A stretch of 64,000 nucleotides of DNA from Candidatus Poribacteria bacterium (GTDB lineage: Bacteria; Poribacteria; WGA-4E; WGA-3G), in the NCBI GenBank assembly GCA_965215265.1, contig OZ244048.1, positions 3,104,001 to 3,168,000 on the forward strand. The letters are read 5' to 3'. A program made the position numbers and the translations under genes. Positions 39,627-47,707 of the stretch are shown here, piece by piece. Each line of letters opens with the position of its first letter. The stretch's first letter is position 1. The notes beneath the pieces are model-generated. The model had not been told where the DNA came from and ran no database searches. It saw nothing but the letters and a program-made list of their open reading frames with translations.

Positions 39627-40304
39627 CTAAAAAAACTGTTGCGCCGCTGCGAGGTGTTCCGGATATCCGATATCTATCCACGCCACGTTCGTTTTAAGAA
39701 CATAGAGATTTTTTAATTTCGGAAGCACATCGTAGGAAAGAGAGAAAACATCACGTGCGGGAAATTCACGTGCAATTTCCGTATTGAAAAGATATACCCC
39801 GGCGTTGATATATCCACTTTGGTGCGTGGTAGGTTTTTCCAAAAACCCGGTAATCCGCCCAGTGTCTGAAGAACTAATTTGCCCATAAAGACGCGTGTCG
39901 TCTACCCAAACAGCTAACAGCAACCCAACCATGTGCTCTTGAAAGGTAGATGTCATCTGGTTGAGAGAGAAGTCTCGCCAAAGCACATCACCGTTCAGAA
40001 CAAAGAAAGGTGAGCCTTGGATGGACCGCATCGCATTTTTGAGGGCACCGCCAGTGTCCAATTTTCGATCGTCTTTGCAATAACGAATCGAAAGCCCTTT
40101 GTATGTATTCCCAACGGTTTCTTGAAGGACGTTGTGAAGATAGCCCGTAGCAAGGATGAGTTCTTGAACACCGACTTCCTTTAGGAAATCACATTGCCAA
40201 TCCAGGACAGAACGTCCTTTGACTTGCATGAGGAGTTTCGGAGTGCGTTCTGCTGTTTTCCCCAATCGCGTGGCACGGCCACCACATAAAATTATCGCTT
40301 GCAT
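39627..40304 (-). CDS. Sugar-phosphate nucleotidyltransferase (HddC/mannose-1-P guanylyltransferase-like)
   Basis: AIILCGGRATRL..PK, LDTGGAL, VLNGD, FLEKP, INAGVYLF, WIDIG. Confidence 0.88.
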   Translation of the reverse strand: MQAIILCGGRATRLGKTAERTPKLLMQVKGRSVLDWQCDFLKEVGVQELILATGYLHNVLQETVGNTYKGLSIRYCKDDRKLDTGGALKNAMRSIQGSPFFVLNGDVLWRDFSLNQMTSTFQEHMVGLLLAVWVDDTRLYGQISSSDTGRITGFLEKPTTHQSGYINAGVYLFNTEIAREFPARDVFSLSYDVLPKLKNLYVLKTNVAWIDIGYPEHLAAAQQFF

Positions 40305-40334
40305 ACCAAATCTATTTTTATCCTTTGCGAGAGC

Positions 40335-40363
40335 TGTGGGGACACTTTAAAAGTGTCCCCACA
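40335..40363. repeat. Perfect 13-bp inverted repeat
   Basis: TGTGGGGACACTT-TAA-AAGTGTCCCCACA, just 3' of the Pro-rich peptide gene. Confidence 0.8.
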
Positions 40364-40391
40364 AATAATTCTAAGGTTCTGCCAACCTATG

Positions 40392-40745
40392 CTAAAGCGG
40401 CTCTGGATTCGGAGCATCGCTTGGTTCAGGACTTGGCTTGGGTTCTTCTGGGGGCAGTGGATCCACAACCCCTGGATGAGAAATTATTGACGCGGTTCGT
40501 GCAGCAACGTCCATAACAAGCGGCTCTGGATTCGGAGCATCGCTTGGTCCCGGGCTGGGTTTGGGTTCTGGTAACGGTGGCTTCACAATCCCCGGACAAG
40601 GAATTATGGATGCTATTTGCACGGAAGCGTCCATAAAAAGCCTTTCAACCGGTGTAGTCCCCTCGGCAAAAATGGCCGCTCCACAGAATGTTGTCATCAG
40701 TAGGAGACTGAGTCCAACCGAAAATACGCTAGGTTTACGTGTCAT
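40392..40745 (-). CDS. Secreted Pro/Ser-rich peptide with two tandem ~40-aa repeats (117 aa)
   Basis: GGAGG RBS before MTRKP; Sec signal ending AIFA; repeats MD..ASII..PG.V.P..EPKPSP.PSDAPNPEPL. Confidence 0.75.
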   Translation of the reverse strand: MTRKPSVFSVGLSLLLMTTFCGAAIFAEGTTPVERLFMDASVQIASIIPCPGIVKPPLPEPKPSPGPSDAPNPEPLVMDVAARTASIISHPGVVDPLPPEEPKPSPEPSDAPNPEPL

Positions 40746-40782
40746 AGTTTTCCTCCGAAAAAATGTATCCGTTTCGGGCAAA

Positions 40783-42630
40783 TTATTGGCACGGGGTGCC
40801 ACTTGCCCGCAACAGATGGTTTGCTCTAAATTGATGGTTGTCAACTAAAATAGTCGGGGAGGCTTTGATGCCCAGTTCAGCGGCACGTTTGATATTTTCT
40901 CTAAAGAGTTGTTCCGCCTCTGGAGCGTCAAAACGCGCTTGGATTTTCTCAACATCGATGTTGAGTTTTCGTGCGCATGCCTCCCAACTTTCGTTCAGTT
41001 TTTTAGCACGGCATAAGAGATAGTCCAGATACTTATCTGGGTATTCTTTCGCTATTAGCAGCTGCCGGATGTCCTCTGCTACTTCAGGATATCCGTGTAA
41101 ACTGACGAACGGTGTTATATCTTGCGAACGTTTTTCTGGATTCTCCTTAGCGATAAAGCGGAGTTTGAAGTCAATTGTATCACCGAATTCCTTCACAATC
41201 GGAATCAACTTCTGCTCTGCTTGAACGCCAAACGGACAATAGCTCATTACAAAGAGTTCCACGGTGGGAGTCCCTATTCGTGATACACGGGATGTCAATA
41301 GTTCCTCAAGGTTCATCGGGGAACGGCTGTGATCTACATCCTTGGTGTGCAGTGCCACGACCTCTGAGAAACCGGGCGAATGTTTGGTATCATGACATTC
41401 CAAACAGACCGATGTCTCATTGCCCCTTCGGATGTTAGCTTTCTTCGGATTACCGATGTGCTGTTTGCCGGGACCATGGCACGTTTCACATTGGACACCC
41501 TTGAGCGTTGAGGTATCGTCGCCAATCTGGAATCCTGTTTGGTAACCGAATCCAGTCGTATGACAGCTGACACACTTTGGATCAAAGTACCGCTCCTTTT
41601 TCAAAAGCGTTTCAAAGGCAAACGCATGTCGCGTCGCCGACCATTGGAGGTACTCTTGTTCATGACAACTCCGACACGCTGTTGCCGATACATATCCGTT
41701 TTTTGCTTGTTGTTCCAACGTTTGAGCGGCGAAGAGAGGCAACGGTTCAGACGTTTTCGCGACACCTCGGTAAAAATCAGTTAGCAATTGGCGGATCTGG
41801 GATGCTTCTGGCACATCACCGGTTAAGGCAAGCTGCGTTGCATGGTGCCGAGTCAACTCTCCGCCTGAATTTACCCACAGTGCCAAAAATCCTAACGTTT
41901 TTCCTTCGGGTGTAGAGCCTACCCATAGAGGTCTATCTGCCTCTTGTATCGGTGCGCCTTCCTCCGGGCTGATAACGATATCAATACCGGAGAATTCTGT
42001 CAAACGTTTGGCCCCCAAGGCGATGAGAACGTCTACCTCCGGGGTTTCGTTTACTGAAGCGGATACGAACCCCATGGACAACTCACCCACAGTTTTTAGG
42101 ACAAAACGCTGTGTGTCCAGACGGTTATCGCTGAGGAACGGGAACGACGCAGCAGCACGCTGTGCGCTGAGATATGCATCCTCATACCCGAGGTCGTTTT
42201 GACTCAGTGCCACCGCATGGTATCCCATTATGGACATCGCCTGGAGGTTAACCTGACACCGCTGTGCATCGATTTCTTCAGTGCCATTAAAGATATTCCC
42301 TGCATCAACGAGTAACACCGGAATGCCGGCTTGGCGTATCTGATCCACAACGTACGCTCGCCTCGGTAGTCCACCTGACTGCTCTTGATAGCAGCCACAA
42401 GGTTCCAGATGACTTTTCGTACCACCCGTATAAAGGATGATGATGGCAGGCGGATCTTCATCTTTTAGAAATGTGAGAACGGTTCCAAGGGTTTCACCCA
42501 TTGGCTGGCGCGCCTGTTGCTTCACTTCCTGTATCTGTGCTTGTCTGCGCGATTCTGCCCAATGCGTATAGAGTGGTGGAAACGCTACAATGAGGGTTAA
42601 AAGAATTAAAGTAATTATCGCAAGTTTCAT
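40783..42630 (-). CDS. Exported fusion: UshA/5'-nucleotidase-like N-domain, tetraheme c554-like cytochrome and DsbA/thioredoxin-like domain
   Basis: HLEPCGC..GGLPRR, VDAGN; four CxxCH (CRSCH, CVSCH, CETCH, CLECH); FVMSYCPFG...ASPT. Confidence 0.8.
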   Translation of the reverse strand: MKLAIITLILLTLIVAFPPLYTHWAESRRQAQIQEVKQQARQPMGETLGTVLTFLKDEDPPAIIILYTGGTKSHLEPCGCYQEQSGGLPRRAYVVDQIRQAGIPVLLVDAGNIFNGTEEIDAQRCQVNLQAMSIMGYHAVALSQNDLGYEDAYLSAQRAAASFPFLSDNRLDTQRFVLKTVGELSMGFVSASVNETPEVDVLIALGAKRLTEFSGIDIVISPEEGAPIQEADRPLWVGSTPEGKTLGFLALWVNSGGELTRHHATQLALTGDVPEASQIRQLLTDFYRGVAKTSEPLPLFAAQTLEQQAKNGYVSATACRSCHEQEYLQWSATRHAFAFETLLKKERYFDPKCVSCHTTGFGYQTGFQIGDDTSTLKGVQCETCHGPGKQHIGNPKKANIRRGNETSVCLECHDTKHSPGFSEVVALHTKDVDHSRSPMNLEELLTSRVSRIGTPTVELFVMSYCPFGVQAEQKLIPIVKEFGDTIDFKLRFIAKENPEKRSQDITPFVSLHGYPEVAEDIRQLLIAKEYPDKYLDYLLCRAKKLNESWEACARKLNIDVEKIQARFDAPEAEQLFRENIKRAAELGIKASPTILVDNHQFRANHLLRASGTPCQ

Positions 42631-43782
42631 TTAAAAAAACCTATTGAAGAGAGAAATAATCCCTAAATGGAAAGGACCTTTACAGATGACTGTTAACAGC
42701 CCACCGAAGGTAATCACGGGGGCAAAACGAATAGCAGGTTGGATCTGGATTTTGTTATTGAAGTGCGTAAAAGCATTTTCTTTAACTAAACTTTGTAATT
42801 CACGAATTGTTTCCTCCGAGAGGCCGACTAGATCCGTTGTTATGAGCTCACCGCCTTGTTTTCGTTCGCTTCTGTCCATCTGTTTCTCATAAGAGACATG
42901 CCCGTCTGCCTGCTCCATTTTGACGATGTGTTCGCTGAGGATCATGCCAACCTGTAAGTCTGATACATCCACGGTCCGGTCAAACGCGACACTCGCTAAC
43001 TGGAGCACGAGCTGCTTCGCTACAACAAAGATGAGGAAATAAAAAGCTAAGAAAAAGGCGAGACTCCCTAACATCAAACCAATTGAAGGGGCAGTTTTTA
43101 GCATCAACCATCCACTCACGAATAGCATGATGACGACAGCAGTGGGTGTTTTCAACAACGAACCCAACACTTTTTGCACAATGGCCAAAAAAGCTAGCAC
43201 CAGCACCAATTGCATCACCCGGTCTAATTGCCAACCCAATCTATCTAAAAGATAAGAGAGTCCTGCTCCGATGAGAATAAATTGAAGCAGATTAAACAAT
43301 TTATCCAGCACCGAATTCCGATCGAGGGATGTCTTGATGAGTTGAATCAACACCGTACCTATTCCCCGGATCTTGACTAACTTTACGATGAGGTAAACCA
43401 CCGAGATTACGGTATAGGGCACGATAATATTTATCATCACTACCACAGGGGGAAACATTAACATCTCTTGTATGGGACCAAACCACCATGAAGGTAGTAT
43501 TAAACAAATTCCCCAGAAAAACTTTGAGTCCCCCGGTGAGAAGATGCCAAACGTATAAAATGCAATGGCGATAACACCACTGGTGACAAATAGGATTACA
43601 ATGTTTAAAGGGGTAGTCAACCCCAGGAACCATCCCATCAGCTGTCCGAGATTGCCTGCGTAGATGAGGCACATTGAACAGAAGTTTGGTATCTGGTGTT
43701 TTTTGATGTCCGTCCAACTTGCATAGCTGCAGAAGGCAAACGCAATAAAAATAAGGATGGATTCATAAGTGAATGTATTCAT
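42631..43782 (-). CDS. A24 family prepilin peptidase (long multi-TM form, resembling archaeal FlaK/EppA type)
   Basis: ASWTDIKKHQIPN and SPGDSK aspartate motifs; C-terminal VSDLQVGMIL..GLSEETI..IRFAPVI. Confidence 0.85.
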   Translation of the reverse strand: MNTFTYESILIFIAFAFCSYASWTDIKKHQIPNFCSMCLIYAGNLGQLMGWFLGLTTPLNIVILFVTSGVIAIAFYTFGIFSPGDSKFFWGICLILPSWWFGPIQEMLMFPPVVVMINIIVPYTVISVVYLIVKLVKIRGIGTVLIQLIKTSLDRNSVLDKLFNLLQFILIGAGLSYLLDRLGWQLDRVMQLVLVLAFLAIVQKVLGSLLKTPTAVVIMLFVSGWLMLKTAPSIGLMLGSLAFFLAFYFLIFVVAKQLVLQLASVAFDRTVDVSDLQVGMILSEHIVKMEQADGHVSYEKQMDRSERKQGGELITTDLVGLSEETIRELQSLVKENAFTHFNNKIQIQPAIRFAPVITFGGLLTVICKGPFHLGIISLFNRFF

Positions 43783-43884
43783 AAAACACGATTTCTGTTT
43801 CAGTTTATGCCCCCATGCGAAATCAATCCTAACCTAATTTAACGAGGCATTAGAAGGACTTCCCCTTCAATGACGGCTTTGGTC

Positions 43885-44483
43885 TTATTCAATCCGCTTG
43901 AAAGTACAGCGGATGCCCCCACGTTCTGCCCACCCGTTTGGAGTCAGTTCCATGATGCCATACAGCATCAGGTGCAACTTGTTCTGCGTGACTGAAATGC
44001 CTAGCCAATTGTTCCTCGAGGTCTTTTTTATCGAAACGGTTTTTCCGGTTCTAAGCCTGCTGGAGGACATGCCAGAGATGAATTCCGGGAACGGTATGCT
44101 TGTATCCCGAAAAACCCGTAAGAACGGAAAGTGGATATCGCCATAACGTTGTGTGCTGATTTTGAAACTTCCGGTCACCTTCGTGTCTCCATTTTTACCT
44201 TGATACCGGCGGAAGACGTTCCGGTCGGCTGATACGTCAATGCCGGTATCTCTTCACTCACATCGCCTTCATCAACTTCCATCTCAAGAAATTGCCATGT
44301 GCCGAGCAGCTTATCGGTTAGCGCCAGTTCCATTTTTCGTGGATCATGTTTCCTACGTTCATTTTCGACTGCTGCACGCCGTCTCTCGCGTTCGTTTTGC
44401 ATTTTCTGGTATTTCGGGCTGGTGCAATCTGTGAAAACGAGAGGAATGAGCAGGATAAAAGTTAATTGAACAGAATTCTTCAT
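43885..44483 (-). pseudogene. Lipoprotein (lipocalin-like GTW motif), apparently split by a frameshift
   Basis: MKNSV..FTDC lipobox, LLGTWQF; the other frame reads RRYQGKNGDTKVTGSFKI into ORF 43885..44178. Confidence 0.6.
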
Positions 44484-45457
44484 TTCTGTTTCAATCTCCC
44501 CCAACTTGTTGTTAGCAATTGCACTTGAGGGTGGACAGGCAATGCTGCGGGGTCAAACAAGTGGCCGTCGATATTCTGCCCTTGACTTGTCAGTTGTTTT
44601 GTCACGCGAGTGGTCAGATCAATTGTGAAAAGTTGTTTCTTATCTTTCGATTTCTTTTCATAGAGGAGTTGTATTCCATTGGGGAACCATGTCGGATCCC
44701 TAGCAAAACCACCGGCTCTGGACACAATTTGCTGCCTTTTGCTCCCATCAGGTCTCATTATATGAATGGTACCCTGATTTATCTCATGGAGGAACCATGG
44801 CAGATCGGCAAAGGCAATCCATTCTCCGTCTGGAGACCATGCAGGGAAAATATGCCGTATATCGCCCAGAGACACTTTTTTCCGGACACCCCCTTGTGCA
44901 GGAATGAATATCAGGGGGTAGCCTTCTTTTTCTTGTTGTGCTCTCGCAGCTGGAGAAAAAGAGAAGACGATTCTATCACCGTCCGGGGACCACGCGGGCT
45001 GCCCCCCAAACTCCCCGGCGCGTGCCAAAGGTTTTTCATTTTCCCCATCAATGTCAGCACTGTAAATACTCTCGGTGTCTCGCAAGTAAACAATTTTTTT
45101 GCCATCAGGGCTCCATGCAGGCTCACTTCTATCCACGGCCCTGGGGAAAACCGCTTTTACATTCCGACCATCCACATCCATGAGGTACAAGTCTCTGATA
45201 CCGTCCCGATGGGAGACAAAGAGAATATGCTCGCCTGTGGGTGAAAAGACGGGGTCATAATCCGCTGACAGGTGCTCGGTTAATTGGATAACTTCGCTCC
45301 CGTTGGGATTCATGAGATAGATGTCCAGGTTCCCGTTTCGATCCGATGCAAAGACAACCTTTGCTGTTTCCGGTGCTTTTGCCCAAGTGATGTCCGAGAC
45401 ACGACAAAAAAGTGTAACACATAAAAAGCAAAAAAGGAAAAAAGAGCGTTTATTCAT
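44480..45457 (-). CDS. TolB-like PD40 beta-propeller secreted protein
   Basis: VVFASDRNGNLDIY, repeated PAWSPDG; signal peptide from MNKRS; C-terminal VHPQVQLLTTSWGRLK. Confidence 0.88.
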   Translation of the reverse strand: MNKRSFFLFCFLCVTLFCRVSDITWAKAPETAKVVFASDRNGNLDIYLMNPNGSEVIQLTEHLSADYDPVFSPTGEHILFVSHRDGIRDLYLMDVDGRNVKAVFPRAVDRSEPAWSPDGKKIVYLRDTESIYSADIDGENEKPLARAGEFGGQPAWSPDGDRIVFSFSPAARAQQEKEGYPLIFIPAQGGVRKKVSLGDIRHIFPAWSPDGEWIAFADLPWFLHEINQGTIHIMRPDGSKRQQIVSRAGGFARDPTWFPNGIQLLYEKKSKDKKQLFTIDLTTRVTKQLTSQGQNIDGHLFDPAALPVHPQVQLLTTSWGRLKQK

Positions 45458-45557
45458 AAGAATTCCTTTTCGACGAATTGGTATCATCCCCTTAAAAAGG
45501 AGCATTCGGCGGCTACCACCGGGGAACGTCATGGGAAGTTTTCCACCAAGCAGTGTC

Positions 45558-45597
45558 TGCGAGCATGAGACCGCCAGCGGCGACACCGAGTGCTAAT
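45558..45597 (-). repeat. 40-bp exact copy of the precursor leader-coding sequence (45869..45908)
   Basis: TGCGAGCATGAGACCGCCAGCGGCGACACCGAGTGCTAAT occurs twice; encodes LALGVAAGGLMLA. Confidence 0.9.
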
Positions 45598-45605
45598 AGA
45601 GGTTT

Positions 45606-45664
45606 AGGCGGGGCGAGATGTCACCACATTGCTTTTGCGTCGATATTTGCATCTCGCCTCGCCT
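45606..45664 (-). terminator. Stem-loop 3' of the precursor gene
   Basis: 15-bp stem AGGCG(A/G)GGCGAGATG / CATCTCGCC(T/C)CGCCT with one mismatch; no U-tract. Confidence 0.5.
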
Positions 45665-45691
45665 GAGATTGTTAGAAACTAACATCTTTGT

Positions 45692-45979
45692 TTAAGAACA
45701 AAATTTATGTATTTCGACGATGTCTTCAATAACATGGCCTCGGTCCGGACAAAATACTTCTCTTGTCCCGACAACAATTCGATGCTCATCACATGTCTGT
45801 TCACCAGGACATTGGGAATCATTATCACAAACCTTACCAGCTTCCGCGTCGGGGGCGGTCATTGCCTGTGCGAGCATGAGACCGCCAGCGGCGACACCGA
45901 GTGCTAATGGCGTTTTCACGCCAACCCGCCCTTCCTCAGAATTAAGGAAGTCTCGGATTTTCGACTTGAGATTTTTCAT
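45692..45979 (-). CDS. Putative RiPP/pilin-like precursor peptide (95 aa, five Cys)
   Basis: AAGGAG RBS; leader KIRDFLNSEEG, hydrophobic segment, DAEA, then core GKVC-x5-C-x5-C-x13-C-x16-CS. Confidence 0.8.
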   Translation of the reverse strand: MKNLKSKIRDFLNSEEGRVGVKTPLALGVAAGGLMLAQAMTAPDAEAGKVCDNDSQCPGEQTCDEHRIVVGTREVFCPDRGHVIEDIVEIHKFCS

Positions 45980-46001
45980 TCGGGTTACTCCTTTCTTTTT
46001 A

Positions 46002-46053
46002 CCGGGGATCTCAGCCCCGGCGGGATGGGCTCAACCTTTTAGGTTGAGCCCAT
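46002..46053 (-). promoter_or_regulatory. Two hairpins 5' of the precursor gene
   Basis: ATGGGCTCAACCT-3 nt-AGGTTGAGCCCAT (46025-46053) and CCGGGG-7 nt-CCCCGG (46002-46020). Confidence 0.65.
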
Positions 46054-46070
46054 TTTCAGTGCCAGAGAGT

Positions 46071-47629
46071 TCACTTGCACTGAAAATGCTTGAAAATAAC
46101 TTTTACTTCGGCAGGGGTATGGTGTTTAGATAACACTTCTACCAAAGCGTTTTCAAGAGGTTCAAATCGGTTCGTTTCCTGCCGATACGCACTTGGATAG
46201 GTGGTACCGGTCCGCGGATCATAGTATCGGCAGAAAATGGGTGGAGACAACGTGGAGACTGATGGATGCTGACGCACTTTCGCACGTGCCGGGCCCTCTT
46301 TAAAGAGTCTGACAATCTCCTGTGCAGTGTGTTCCCAGGTATATTTTGTTGCGAATCCTTTTGCAATTTGTTCAAACTTCGCTCGTCGTTTTGTATTTTT
46401 TAGAAGTTGGTTTATCGTTTTTGACAACTGCTGCATCGGTATGTCCAGATTGCTCCCTTTGCCAGAGGAGCATTCGACGAGTACCCCCGCACTCTCAATT
46501 TCTGGGGGTAAGCCATACTTTGAGAGGACAACCGCGGGGGTGCCGTACGCCATCGCCTCCAACACCAATGAGGGCGACGTACCCGGCACTGCGGGAAAAC
46601 AGACGATATCTAACGCTTGGAAAAAGATCGGTAACACCGCTCGGGTGCCTTCGTCCTCTGCACTGAAAAACACCACATTGCTTGGCGGGTTCCGGTACTC
46701 TTCTGCCAAGATGGAGTCGTAAACAAAAAAGGTGAGGTGTGGATTGGATGTTGCCAATTCCGAGATTACCTGCACGCTAGTGTTAGGTTCGAAACCTGAA
46801 ATAATTCCGATCAGAGGATGTTGTGCAAAGAGTGGGTTCTCCGTGAGTGCAGCAGTGTGTTGCTTTGCTAATGCTTTTCCGATGGGTTCAACAACATGGA
46901 TGCCTTCTGATATGACATGCATTCCGGCGGGATCTACGCCGAATCCTGCCAGCCAATCCGCAAGCCATGAGGCTTTGGGCAGAAGCAGATCCGTGGATTT
47001 CTGGGCGGTGTGTGAATTTAAGGCGTTTTCCAGAACCCCGTGTTGCACCCGTCTGTCACTTTCTATACAGCGAAGTATCGGCAGTTTTTTTGAATAGTAT
47101 AAGATGTCGTGATTCGGAAATTGCCCGAGTAGTAAGATACCATCGTAGCCATCCATTGCGTACCAAGGGAACCAGAAATTCGGAGGATCAATGTTTATCT
47201 GTCGATTTGACACGAGCTCGCCAAAATCGTGCCCTGAATCCCGGTGGGTGTTAATAGATGGTACCTATTCTCGTTTGTTACGGCATCCTGTGCACTTTTT
47301 TCTGGTAAAAACTGAAAAGGTACGAGTAACTTGAGAGGTTCCGTGGCTTGTGGAACTTTTTTCGTCTCTGCTGTAGGGCTTAACAGGTGTCCATGCCTGC
47401 TGAGTCGCTGTAACCGCTCAATGCCTTGAAAAATTTGATCGGTTTTGAATTGGGAGTTCAAGCCTTCAACGGTTGCATAAATTGTTTCCGCGAGGTCACG
47501 ATTGAGGAGTGCCCACTCCACGTCGTTGATTTCAGCGATGACATCGGATTCTGTATCTGCGGCATATTTCTTACCGCCGTGTTCAAATTTGTGGTGTTGA
47601 TGCACTCGGTATCTATCTTGAGTTTTCAT
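46071..47629 (-). pseudogene. RRE-like domain plus GT4 glycosyltransferase, copy 2, split by a frameshift near 47215-47250
   Basis: ORF 47195..47629 (HKFEHGGKKYAAD...GHLL) parallels the N-terminus of 47708..49426. ORF 46071..47213 (YDGIL, LEAMAYGTP, YTWEHTA, HTPAEV) parallels its C-terminus. Confidence 0.7.
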
Positions 47630-47707
47630 GATGTTTTTCTGTAAATTATCTTTCGTGAAAAATCGTAAATAGTAGGTTTCAAACCTCTACAACGGAATAG
47701 GCGTTTG

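Noticed and set aside
45692-45979. Canonical Flp pilin
   Set aside because: Lacks the Glu+5/Tyr+6 Flp motif, has a long Cys-rich C-terminus, and no tad genes are nearby.
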